A stretch of DNA of 64,000 bases from Escherichia coli (GTDB lineage: Bacteria; Pseudomonadota; Gammaproteobacteria; Enterobacterales; Enterobacteriaceae), in assembly GCF_003334355.1 (NCBI RefSeq), contig NZ_QOWP01000008.1. One strand, given 5' to 3'. The notes beneath the pieces were generated by a model that worked only from the letters and a program-made list of their open reading frames with translations, was not told the origin of the DNA and did no database searches. This document shows positions 1 through 10,645 of the stretch, one piece after another. A program made the translations under genes and the position numbers. Each line of letters starts with the position of its first letter. Position 1 is the stretch's first letter.

Positions 1-59
1 TTTTTCGTCTTGCGACGTTAAGAATCCGTATCTTCGAGTGCCCACACAGATTGTCTGAT

Positions 60-290
60 AAATTGTTAAAGAGCAGTGCCGCTTCGCTTTTTCTCAGCGG
101 CGCGGGGTGTGCATAATACGCTTTCCCGCTACAGAGTCAAGCATTTATTTTTGCTTTCTCTGCCGGAGTTCTCAGGAGAACCCCGCTGACCCGGCGGCGT
201 GTTTGCCGTTGTTCCGTGTCAGTGGTGGCGCATTATAGGGAGTTATTCCGGCCTGACAAGAGGAAATTTAAAATAATTTTCTGACCGCGC
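60..290 (-). promoter_or_regulatory. rRNA operon tandem promoters P1 and P2 with UP element and boxA antiterminator, transcribing leftward out of the window (rrnC-type given the yieP neighbour)
   Basis: Reverse complement of ~221-290 reads gcgcggtcagaaaattattttaaatttcctcTTGTCAggccggaataactcccTATAATgcgccaccact, which is the classical rrn P1 with its UP element. Reverse complement of ~103-140 gives TTGACT-17-TATTAT (P2). Reverse complement of ~63-75 is tgctctttaacaa (boxA). The 16S gene body is not in the window. Confidence 0.85.
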
Positions 291-411
291 ATTTTTTCAG
301 CAAAAGCCCCGTTAATGTGCCATAAAACAAGCAATTTGCCGTTTTTGCAACCGTAATCACACTTCCTGGTGGCATACTAAGGAGGAATAAAAAGAAAAAG
401 GAAGATTAGTA

Positions 412-1104
412 ATGCCTTTAAGCGCACAACAGTTAGCTGCACAGAAAAACCTTTCGTATGTTCTGGCTGAGAAGCTGGCGCAACGCATCTTAAAAGGTGA
501 ATATGAACCCGGCACCATTTTGCCTGGTGAGATTGAGCTGGGCGAGCAATTTGGAGTGAGTCGTACAGCGGTACGCGAAGCGGTCAAAACGTTAACGGCA
601 AAAGGGATGGTTTTACCGCGACCGCGAATTGGTACCCGGGTCATGCCACAATCAAACTGGAATTTTCTTGATCAGGAATTGCTTACCTGGTGGATGACAG
701 AAGAGAACTTTCATCAGGTCATCGATCACTTTCTGGTTATGCGTATCTGTCTGGAGCCGCAAGCTTGCCTACTGGCTGCAACGGTTGGCACCGCGGAACA
801 GAAGGCGCATCTCAATACGTTAATGGCCGAAATGGCGGCATTAAAAGAGAACTTTCGCCGTGAACGCTGGATCGAAGTAGATATGGCCTGGCATGAGCAT
901 ATCTATGAAATGAGCGCCAATCCGTTTTTGACCTCATTCGCCTCGCTATTCCATTCGGTTTATCACACTTACTTCACGTCAATTACCAGCGACACAGTGA
1001 TAAAGCTGGATCTGCACCAGGCGATTGTCGATGCGATTGTCCAAAGCGATGGCGACGCGGCATTTAAAGCTTGTCAGGCGCTGCTACGCTCACCTGATAC
1101 GTGA
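412..1104 (+). CDS. yieP: GntR-family transcriptional regulator YieP
   Basis: ORF-track 230 aa, ATG start with AGGAGG upstream; N-terminal wHTH GntR-type motif (GVSRTAVREAV); sequence recognised as E. coli YieP. Confidence 0.9.
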   Translation: MPLSAQQLAAQKNLSYVLAEKLAQRILKGEYEPGTILPGEIELGEQFGVSRTAVREAVKTLTAKGMVLPRPRIGTRVMPQSNWNFLDQELLTWWMTEENFHQVIDHFLVMRICLEPQACLLAATVGTAEQKAHLNTLMAEMAALKENFRRERWIEVDMAWHEHIYEMSANPFLTSFASLFHSVYHTYFTSITSDTVIKLDLHQAIVDAIVQSDGDAAFKACQALLRSPDT

Positions 1105-1126
1105 CAACCCGATAACAGGACATTGA

Positions 1127-2554
1127 ATGAGCGATAAAAAGAAGCGCAGTATGGCGGGTTTGCCGTGGATCGCGGCGATGGCCTTCTTCATGCAGGCACT
1201 TGATGCCACTATTCTGAATACCGCCTTACCCGCAATCGCTCATAGCCTTAATCGTTCTCCTCTCGCGATGCAATCAGCCATCATCAGTTATACGCTGACG
1301 GTGGCGATGCTTATTCCGGTAAGCGGATGGCTAGCCGATCGCTTCGGTACGCGTCGCATTTTTACCCTTGCCGTGAGTCTGTTCACATTGGGTTCTCTGG
1401 CCTGCGCACTTTCTAATTCGCTACCACAGCTGGTTGTCTTCCGGGTTATTCAGGGGATAGGCGGCGCAATGATGATGCCTGTTGCTCGGCTGGCCTTACT
1501 GCGCGCTTATCCTCGTAATGAACTTCTTCCAGTATTGAATTTTGTCGCCATGCCGGGTCTGGTGGGGCCAATTTTAGGCCCCGTTCTTGGCGGCGTGCTG
1601 GTCACCTGGGCAACCTGGCACTGGATATTTTTAATCAATATCCCCATAGGTATTGCAGGCCTTCTTTACGCGCGCAAACATATGCCCAATTTCACCACCG
1701 CACGACGCAGATTCGATATCACTGGCTTTTTGTTGTTTGGCCTCAGCCTTGTTCTCTTCTCAAGCGGAATAGAGCTATTCGGGGAAAAGATTGTCGCCAG
1801 CTGGATTGCCTTGACGGTAATTGTCACCAGCATCGGGTTACTGCTTCTCTATATTCTCCATGCACGACGCACGCCAAACCCATTAATTTCATTAGATTTA
1901 TTTAAAACCCGCACTTTCTCGATCGGTATCGTAGGCAATATTGCAACCCGTCTGGGGACCGGCTGTGTACCGTTCCTTATGCCATTGATGTTACAGGTAG
2001 GATTTGGTTATCAGGCGTTTATTGCCGGCTGTATGATGGCGCCGACAGCGTTAGGTTCCATTATTGCAAAATCGATGGTTACCCAAGTCTTACGTCGTCT
2101 GGGCTATCGCCATACATTAGTGGGGATCACGGTGATTATTGGGCTAATGATCGCTCAGTTCTCTTTGCAATCACCGGCAATGGCGATATGGATGCTGATC
2201 TTGCCGTTGTTTATATTAGGGATGGCTATGTCGACGCAGTTTACCGCGATGAATACCATCACACTTGCCGATCTGACCGATGACAACGCCAGCAGCGGTA
2301 ACAGTGTTCTGGCGGTCACGCAGCAACTGTCTATCAGTTTAGGCGTTGCTGTAAGTGCGGCCGTCCTTCGCGTTTATGAAGGAATGGAAGGCACAACGAC
2401 TGTCGAACAATTCCACTATACGTTTATCACAATGGGCATTATTACTGTTGCTTCAGCAGCAATGTTCATGCTTCTGAAAACAACCGATGGTAATAATTTG
2501 ATCAAAAGACAGCGTAAATCTAAGCCGAACCGCGTTCCATCAGAATCGGAGTAA
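1127..2554 (+). CDS. hsrA: MFS transporter HsrA (YieO)
   Basis: 475 aa, multiple hydrophobic TM segments, MFS signature region; recognised as HsrA; position between yieP and rbsR. Confidence 0.9.
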
Positions 2555-3512
2555 GTTGTAATCGTTGTTGCTGAAGAGTTGGCTGGGTTATCCGATGGAT
2601 GAGTACATCAATCGCCAGCTCCCCCAGTTCATCTTTCGGTTGGTGGATAGTGGTTAATGGTGGCGTCATAAAGCTTGCCAGTTCGATATCGTCATAGCCA
2701 ATCACCGCGATATCCTGCGGAACCTGTAACTCTGCCTGATATAACGCCTGGTAAACGCCAACAGCCATAGCGTCATTTCCGGTAAAGACGGCCTGAGGAC
2801 GCAGCGGATGTGATAGCAGTTGGCGCATAGCGTCAAACCCGCCGTTAAATTCAAAATCACCAGTGACTTCATAGCCATCAGGAATGTTGAGACCCGCACG
2901 TTTCATCGCCGCCCGATAACCTTCCAACCGCAGGCGCGCCGGAGTTTTATCCAGCGGGCCGGTAATACAGGCGATACGGGTATGACCTTTATCGATCAGA
3001 TATTGCGTTGCTAAGTCTCCGCCCAGCAACGAGTTATCCTGAATAAGATCGCTGTCGCCATCGAACGGAGCCCAGTCCATCATCACGGTAGGCACTGTCG
3101 GATAACGTTGCATGATTTCACGCGAAGGCTGATGCGTTTCGGTGCACAGTAACAGCAAGCCATCAACGCGTTTTTGCATCAGCGTTTCCAGATTGCGATT
3201 CATCCGCTGTTCATCGCCTTCGGTATTGCAAAGGACAAGACTATAACCGCGTTCGAAGCAGCTGCGTTCAACGCCACGCACCAGTTCTGAATAGAAAGGA
3301 TTGGTACTGGCAGTGATCAACATGCCAATGGTATGTGTTTGATTGAGTTTGAGGCTACGCGCCAGAGCTGATGGCGCGTAATTGAGTTCTTTAATCGCCG
3401 CTTCAACTTTGGCGGTAATCGCTTCACTGACGAAGCGATCTTTATTGATAACGTGAGAAACTGTTGAGGTAGAAACGCCCGCCAGGCGGGCAACATCTTT
3501 CATTGTAGCCAA
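2520..3512 (-). CDS. rbsR: Ribose operon repressor RbsR (LacI family)
   Basis: 330 aa; N-terminal LacI-type HTH ([20 protein letters not shown]); ORF-track start is a TTG 3 nt after the rbsK stop, with an in-frame ATG 3 codons in as alternative. Confidence 0.9.
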
Positions 3513-3515
3513 GCG

Positions 3516-4445
3516 TCACCTCTGCCTGTCTAAAAATGCGTCGATCTCTTCACGCCACGGTACGGAAGGTTGTGCGCCTTTACGTGTTACGGCAATCGCA
3601 GCGGCAGCATGGGCAAAACGAATCGCCTCTGGCAATGGTTTTTCTTCCAGCAATGCCGTGATTAACGCACCGTTAAAGGTATCTCCGGCAGCAATGGTAT
3701 CGACAGCCTGCACCCGGAATCCAGGAACGCGCTGACCTTCACCATTCACGCTAGCCCATACACCACGACTTCCTAAAGTAATCAGTACAGTACGGATACC
3801 TTTTTCATGCAGTACCTGCGCCGCCTTCGCTGCATCTTCATCATTTTCAACACGAATACCGGTGAGCTTTTCTGCTTCCGTTTCGTTTGGCGTAATAATG
3901 TCCACCAGCGCCAGCAGTTCGTCAGGAAGTTCGCGAGCCGGAGCCGGGTTAAGCGCAACGATAGTCTTATTTTGATGGGCGATTTTCGCCGCTGCCATCA
4001 CACTTTCGAGTGGTGATTCCAGCTGCATTAATAATGCTGATGCGTTGGCAATACGCTCACGTTGCGCTTCCACCAGCGCCGGGGAAAGGGCAGCATTAGC
4101 GCCGGCATGAATACCAATGACATTCTCACCTTCGCCATTAACAAAAATCAGCGCCACACCTGTTGATTCGCCTTTGATCACGCTGACGGGAGAAATATCG
4201 ATGTTATCAGTGGCGAGCTGCTGGCGAACGCTCTCGCCAATGCTGTCATCGCCAGTGCAGGCAATAAACGCGATATTCGCACCGCTACGCCCAGCAGCCA
4301 CCGCCTGATTCGCGCCTTTGCCGCCAAATGCAACCTGATAGTGGTTACCGGTTACGGTTTCGCCTGGGGAAGGAAAAGATTGAAGATTAAGAATGTGGTC
4401 AGCATTAATGCTGCCAAGAACAACGAGGCTGCCTGCGTTTTGCAT
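3516..4445 (-). CDS. rbsK: Ribokinase RbsK
   Basis: ORF-track 318 aa trimmed to start MQNAGSLVVLGSINAD (309 aa); PfkB-family motifs (GGKGANQA, DTIAAGD). Confidence 0.9.
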   Translation of the reverse strand: MQNAGSLVVLGSINADHILNLQSFPSPGETVTGNHYQVAFGGKGANQAVAAGRSGANIAFIACTGDDSIGESVRQQLATDNIDISPVSVIKGESTGVALIFVNGEGENVIGIHAGANAALSPALVEAQRERIANASALLMQLESPLESVMAAAKIAHQNKTIVALNPAPARELPDELLALVDIITPNETEAEKLTGIRVENDEDAAKAAQVLHEKGIRTVLITLGSRGVWASVNGEGQRVPGFRVQAVDTIAAGDTFNGALITALLEEKPLPEAIRFAHAAAAIAVTRKGAQPSVPWREEIDAFLDRQR

Positions 4446-4570
4446 ATTCGGGATGTCCATAAAATGCGCCACCGTGTTAGGGTGGCGCGTGCCCTGCTTT
4501 TCTTTATATTACACGTTCATCTGTCGATGACGTATTTATGTCACCATCAGGTCATACAACCTGATTAAAA

Positions 4571-5461
4571 CTACTGCTTAACAACCAGTTTCAGATCAAC
4601 CGGATACTTAGCCTGAACTTTCTCGCCTTTCAGCACTTTATCTGCGGTTTCGACGCCTTTCGCGCCAATCTGATCGGGTAGCTGAGCGATAGTCGCTGCT
4701 AGTTTGCCATCATTCACCGCTTTTTCGCCATCCGGTGTACCGTCAAATCCGACGACCATCACATCCGATTTACCGGCAGTTTGCAGTGCGCGCAGCGCGC
4801 CCAGCGCCATTTCATCATTCTGCGCAAATACAGCCTGAACATCCGGATGAGCGGTCAACAGGTTCTGCATTACGTTCAAACCTTTGGTGCGATCAAAATC
4901 TGCTGGCTGGCTGGCAAGAACATTAAACTTGTGAGCAGCTACGGCCTGCTGGAAGCCTTCGCCACGTTCACGGGCTGCGGATGTACCAGCAATGCCTTGC
5001 AGCTCGATAACTTTGGCACCTTCGCCAGCTTTCTTCGCGATGTAATCACCGGCGATTTTGCCGCCCAGTACGTTATCAGATGCAATGTGGCTCACCACTT
5101 CACCTTTCGTTGCCTGGCGGTCAAGAGTGATAACCGGAATGTTCGCCTGGTTAGCCATCTTCACAGCATTACCCACTGCGTCGGAGTCGGTCGGGTTAAT
5201 CAGCAGAATTTTGGTGCCGCGAACGGTTAAGTCCTGCACGTTCGCCAGCTCTTTCGCCGGGTTGTTCTGGGAGTCCAGCACCACCAGGTTATAGCCAAGT
5301 TTATCCGCCTCTTTCTGCGCGCCATCTTTCAGCGATACAAAGAACGGGTTGTTAAGCGTGGAGACCACCAGCGCGATGGTGTCTTTTGCCATCGCATTCG
5401 CACTGACGGTGGCGCTTAGCGCAACAGCGGAAACCAGGGTAGCCAGTTTTTTCATGTTCAT
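4571..5461 (-). CDS. rbsB: Periplasmic ribose-binding protein RbsB
   Basis: Signal peptide [23 protein letters not shown] followed by mature periplasmic binding protein; start taken at the second Met pair (296 aa). Confidence 0.9.
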   Translation of the reverse strand: MNMKKLATLVSAVALSATVSANAMAKDTIALVVSTLNNPFFVSLKDGAQKEADKLGYNLVVLDSQNNPAKELANVQDLTVRGTKILLINPTDSDAVGNAVKMANQANIPVITLDRQATKGEVVSHIASDNVLGGKIAGDYIAKKAGEGAKVIELQGIAGTSAARERGEGFQQAVAAHKFNVLASQPADFDRTKGLNVMQNLLTAHPDVQAVFAQNDEMALGALRALQTAGKSDVMVVGFDGTPDGEKAVNDGKLAATIAQLPDQIGAKGVETADKVLKGEKVQAKYPVDLKLVVKQ

Positions 5462-5485
5462 ATTCAAGATGTCCTGTAGTCGTTA

Positions 5486-6451
5486 TTACTGCTTTTTGTT
5501 GTCTACCAGCACCGCCAGCAAAATCACCACCGCTTTGACGATCATCTGGTAATAGGAGGAAACACCTAACAAATTCAATCCATTATTAAGGAAGCCAAGA
5601 ATTAATGCGCCGATCAACGTCCCAACAATGCGACCTTTTCCGCCCGCCAGACTCGTACCGCCCAGAACCACCGCAGCAATAGCATCCAGCTCATAGCCAG
5701 TCCCCGCCGTGGGTTGTGCAGAGGAGAGACGCGCCACTTCAATGATCCCGGCCAGCGATGCCAGCAGACCACAAAGAGAATAGACGATGATTTTGATTTT
5801 ATTGACGTTGATACCAGAAAGACGCGTTGCCGCTTCGTTGCCGCCCAGCGCGTAGATGTAACGCCCCAGACGCGTGTGATGCAGCATGTACCAGGCCGCG
5901 AGGAAGACAATCCCCATGATCCAGACTGGCGTCGGTACGCCCAGCGGACGACCAATACCAAACCAGCCAAACAGATCGGCGTTCTCAGTAAAGCCGGTAT
6001 TCACTGGGCTACCGTTGGTATAAACCATGGTCACGCCGCGCAGTAAAAGCATCATAACCAGCGTAGCGATAAAGGCCTGGACGCGACCTTTCGCTACAAT
6101 CACCCCGGTTACCGCACCAATTGCGGCACCTAACGCGAGAGCGGCAGCGACAGCCACCAGCGCATTGACTTCAATGCCGACGATAGATGCAGCAACTGCG
6201 CCGGTCAGCGCCAACAGAGAACCTACCGATAAGTCGATGCCCGACGTCAGGATCACCAGCGTCATCCCGACCGCCATAATGGCGTTCACTGAGGTTTGCT
6301 GGAGAATATTGAATAAGTTATTGATGGTGAAAAAGTTCGGACTTAACGTCGAGACAATCGCGATCAGCACCAGCAGAGCGATAAGCGATTTCTGCTCCAT
6401 CAGCCACGCTTTCGTGAAATAACGGCGACCAGAGACAGTCTGGGTTGTCAT
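5486..6451 (-). CDS. rbsC: Ribose ABC transporter permease RbsC
   Basis: 321 aa polytopic membrane protein, ABC permease; operon context. Confidence 0.9.
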   Translation of the reverse strand: MTTQTVSGRRYFTKAWLMEQKSLIALLVLIAIVSTLSPNFFTINNLFNILQQTSVNAIMAVGMTLVILTSGIDLSVGSLLALTGAVAASIVGIEVNALVAVAAALALGAAIGAVTGVIVAKGRVQAFIATLVMMLLLRGVTMVYTNGSPVNTGFTENADLFGWFGIGRPLGVPTPVWIMGIVFLAAWYMLHHTRLGRYIYALGGNEAATRLSGINVNKIKIIVYSLCGLLASLAGIIEVARLSSAQPTAGTGYELDAIAAVVLGGTSLAGGKGRIVGTLIGALILGFLNNGLNLLGVSSYYQMIVKAVVILLAVLVDNKKQ

Positions 6452-6455
6452 TTTT

Positions 6456-7961
6456 TTACTCCTGATTCACGCGATTAAGCTTGCCCACAGCGGCAGCCAT
6501 TAACACTTCCTGGGTGGCCTGCTCACGAGTAAATTCCCCGCTGAGATGCCCTTCATGCATGACGATGATGCGATCGCTCATGCCTAATACTTCTGGCATC
6601 TCCGATGACACCAGAATGATGCTCAAGCCATCGGCTTTGAACTGGTTAATCAGTTGATAGATCTCTTTTTTCGCGCCGACATCTACGCCACGGGTAGGTT
6701 CATCAAGGATCAACACTTTGGGGCGTGTCATCAGACCGCGGGCAATCGCCACTTTTTGCTGATTGCCACCGGAAAGCAGACCAATTGCCTGTTCCATCGA
6801 CGGAGTTTTCACATTAAACAGACGAATGAAATCACTCACAGCCTGCTGTTCATCGGCATGCTTCAAACTGCCGCCAGCGCGGCTGAAGTAGCGCAGCGCT
6901 GTCAGCGACATGTTCTCTTTTACTGACATGCCCAACACTAAACCGTCACGTTTACGGTCTTCGGAGATATACACAATGCCGTTTGCCAAGCCATCCTGCG
7001 GTGAACGGGTAACGACTTCATGCCCATCCAGGGTGACGTAACCGCTGGTGCGCGGTAGTGCGCCGTAGAGCACTTTCATCAGTTCGGTACGACCTGCGCC
7101 CATCAAACCAGAGACGCCAAGAATTTCGCCTTTGCGTAAAGTAAAAGAGACATCGTTAACGCCAGGTCCGCAGAGATTATCGACTTTCAGGCGGATATCT
7201 CCCGGCGCTTTGTCCAGGTGCGGATATTGATCTTCCAGCTTGCGACCCACCATCATCTCAATCAGCGAATCTTCGGTCAGTGATGCCACTTCGCGCTCAG
7301 CAATAAATTGCCCATCACGAAAAACGGTAACGTCATCGCAAATCTCGAAGATTTCTTTCATGCGGTGGGAGATATAGACAATACCGCGGCCTTGCGATTT
7401 CAGCTCGCGGATGACGCGGAACAGGGATTCGGTTTCGGTATCGGTCAGCGCATCGGTCGGTTCATCCATAATGATGACTTTCGACTCAAAGCTCAGCACT
7501 TTGGCGATTTCAACCATTTGCTGGTCACCGATGGAAAGATCGCCCACCAGCTTGTCGCTTTTAAAGCGCAGGTTAAGTTTAGCCAGCAATTTATCCGCTT
7601 CGGCATACATGGTTTTCCAGTCAATTTTGCCAAAGCGATTAACAAACTCACGACCGAGGAAAATGTTTTCGGCAATGGTCAACTGCGGGATCAGGTTCAG
7701 TTCCTGATGGATAATCCCAATCCCGGCTTCCTGGGAAGATTTTGGCCCGGTAAATGTCGTTTCTTTCCCCAGCCATAAAAGCGTACCGGCATCGCGAGTA
7801 TAGATGCCAGTAAGCACTTTCATCATGGTGGATTTACCCGCGCCGTTTTCGCCCACCAGCGCCATCACGCGGCCCGGATAGACATTTAACGCTGCGCCCG
7901 AGAGGGCTTTTACGCCCGGGAAGGCTTTATCGATGCCTTTAAGCTGAAGTAATGCTTCCAT
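6456..7961 (-). CDS. rbsA: Ribose ABC transporter ATP-binding protein RbsA (tandem ATPase domains)
   Basis: 501 aa; two Walker A-type P-loops ([18 protein letters not shown]) and ABC signature LSGGNQQK. Confidence 0.95.
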
Positions 7962-7968
7962 GACGGCC

Positions 7969-8388
7969 TCAGAACGTCACGCCAGCACAGAGAATGATAT
8001 TCGCATACGGAGAACATTCTCCGCTGCGAATTACCGCCTGACTTTCTGCGGTTTGTTGTTTGAATTGTTCATGCGTGGTGTAACGAATTTCAATGGTATT
8101 TCCCTGGTGTTTTTGCAGCTGCTCAAGGTGAGTGAGCAACGTTTCGTGGAGTTGCGGATTATGGTGTTTGATCTCTTCCGCGATAATGGCCGCCTCGACC
8201 TGCATTTCATTTGTGACGACGCCCAGCACCTGCATAAAAGAAGGTACACCCTGGGTTAATGCCATATCGATACGCGTTGTACTTTTGGGGATGGGTAAAC
8301 CAGCATCACACACCACCAGCGTATCGGTATGTCCCAGACGGGAGATCACCGATGAAATATCAGAATTAAGAACGGTGCCTTTTTTCAT
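7969..8388 (-). CDS. rbsD: D-ribose pyranase RbsD
   Basis: ORF-track 151 aa trimmed to [20 protein letters not shown] (139 aa), with GGAG Shine-Dalgarno just upstream; first gene of rbsDACBKR. Confidence 0.9.
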
Positions 8389-8399
8389 TTTTTTCTCCA

Positions 8400-8419
8400 T
8401 CAGCGAAACGTTTCGCTGA
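8400..8419. promoter_or_regulatory. Perfect 20-bp palindrome tcagcgaaacgtttcgctga in the rbsD 5' leader; RbsR operator
   Basis: Perfect inverted repeat seen in sequence immediately upstream of the rbsD SD; LacI-family operator-like; matches the known rbs operator. Confidence 0.7.
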
Positions 8420-8554
8420 CCCACAGTTTAATCCTGACTGAGTTGGGAAAACCATCGTGACGTTACGGAAATGTGATCAACCTCGAAACGTTTTACATGG
8501 TGATTAACCATGAAAACAAAAACGCCCCCTTATGAAGAAAGGAGGCGTCTGGCG

Positions 8555-10423
8555 TTAGATTTCGACCTGAGTACCCAGTTCGATAACCCTGTTTGGCGGG
8601 ATTTCAAATTGATCTGGTGCACGCAGCGCATTACGTTGCAGCAGCAAGTACAGCTTGCCGCGCAGACGCAAATACCACGGGCGTTTGCCGAGGATCAACG
8701 ACTCATGCGACATAAAGAAGGAGGTTTCCATCATCCGGCAACTTAATCCTTCCAGACCGCAGCGGTGGAAAACTTCTTCTACGTTTGGCGTTTCTCGCCA
8801 ACCATAACTTGCCACCACGCGCCAGAAAGTGGGCGACAGTTGTTCAATCTGTACCCGACGGACGTTATGGACATATGGAGCGTCTTCGGTGCGCAGAGTT
8901 AACAGAATCACCCGCTCATGCAATACCTTGTTATGTTTAAGGTTATGCATCAGCGCAAAGGGAATGACGTTGATTGCACGCGACATATACACCGCGGTCC
9001 CGGGCACGCGAACAGGCGGTGATTTCTCCAGCGAAGCAATCATCGCTTCCAGAGAGTTACCATGTTCATGCATCCGCCGCAGCAAGCGGAAACGCTCGCT
9101 CTTCCAGGTGGTCATCACGATAAACATCACAGTACCGAGGCTCAATGGCAACCAGCCGCCGGAGAGCAGTTTATCGAGGTTAGCGGTGAACAATGGAATA
9201 TCGACACAAAGGAAAGCAATCAGGATCAGCGCAACAAAATACTTATTCCAGTGCCAGTTCTGACGTGCCACGGTAGTCGAGAGAATAGACGTCAGCACCA
9301 TGGTTCCGGTCACCGCAATCCCGTACGCCGCCGCCAGGTTGCTGGAGTGCTCAAAGCTGACAATCACAATCACGACCGCGACATAGAGCATCCAGTTCAC
9401 AAACGGAATATAGATTTGCCCTGACTCCATTTCGGAGGTGTGAATAATGCGCATCGGCGACAAATATCCCAGACGTACCGCCTGACGCGTCAATGAAAAG
9501 ACGCCAGAGATAACCGCCTGCGAGGCGATTACCGTCGCCAGTGCGGCGATGATCAGCAGCGGGATCAGCGCCCAGTCCGGTGCCAAAAGGAAGAACGGGT
9601 TCTTAATCGCTTCCGGGTTCTTTAACAACAGCGCTCCCTGGCCGAAGTAATTAAGAGTTAAGGAAGGTAATACGACAGTGAACCACGCCAGACGAATAGG
9701 GAACTTACCAAAGTGTCCCATATCAGCATACAGCGCCTCGACCCCCGTAATCGACAGCACCACTGCCCCTAATGCAATAAAAGAAACCGTTTTGTATTCA
9801 AGGAAGAAATGCACCGCCCACATAGGATTCAGCGCATGCAGCACTTCCGGGTTAGCAATAATGCTACGTAACCCCAGTCCTGCCAGAATCAAAAACCAGG
9901 TCAGCATGATCGGCGCAAACAGCTTACCGACCATAGCCGTGCCATGCTTTTGAATCATAAATAATAAAGTGAGAACGATAATTGAGAGGGGAACTATCCA
10001 GGTATCCAGCTGCGGGGCGACGATTTCCAGACCTTCAATGGCTGACATCACCGAAATAGCGGGTGTTATGACGACTTCACCATAGAAAAAGCTGCCGCCG
10101 ATTAGCCCCATAATCACCAGCATTGATGTGGTTCGCGCCGACGTATTACGCCCGGCAAGCGACATCAACGTCAGGATCCCCCCCTCACCGGCGTTATCTG
10201 CCCGCATCACGAAGGTGAGATATTTAATGGAAACCACAAAGATTAGCAGCCAGAAGATCAGCGATAAAAAGCCAAACACGGCATCGCGTTCAACGCCAAA
10301 ACCAAACTGGCCGGACAAACATTCACGAAGTGTATATAACGGGCTGGTACCAATATCGCCGTAGACAACTCCAATCGCCGCGAGGGTAATCGCGGGCAAT
10401 GATTGCTTATTATCAGTGCTCAT
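8555..10423 (-). CDS. kup: Low-affinity K+ uptake transporter Kup (TrkD)
   Basis: 622 aa, ATG start; multi-TM N-terminal domain plus cytoplasmic C-terminal domain; recognised as Kup. Confidence 0.95.
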
Positions 10424-10645
10424 AGACTAGTCTTTCGTTGAAATATGAAATGTGTGCTTAGTCCCTTGGCCCACAAAAAAGCGCACAGTATGCACGATTA
10501 ACGGCAAAATCGTACTCCTAAATGCGGCCACATTAACCTGGCTCAAAGAAAAATACCCCCCCTTTGAGACTATTTTAGCCACCAGCAAGAAACGTCTATA
10601 CTCGCAATTTACGCAGAACTTTTGACGAAAGGACGCCACTTCATT

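Noticed and set aside
1-60. Possible rRNA gene at the left edge
   Set aside because: Only the promoter and the start of the leader (through boxA) are inside the window; the mature 16S start (AAATTGAAGAGTTTG, reverse complement) is not present, so no rRNA feature is called.
357-644. 95-aa minus-strand ORF overlapping the yieP start and the rrn upstream region
   Set aside because: It overlaps the well-supported yieP CDS and the rrn promoter/Fis region and has no RBS; treated as a spurious frame.
7969-8424. Longer N-terminal extensions in the ORF track for rbsD, rbsK, ravA, atpI, phoU, bglG, bglF, yieL, yidZ, tnaA, dnaA and gyrB
   Set aside because: The extensions start at GTG/TTG or at ATGs without a Shine-Dalgarno and run through operators or terminators. 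The shorter starts match the recognised N-termini and have proper RBS spacing.
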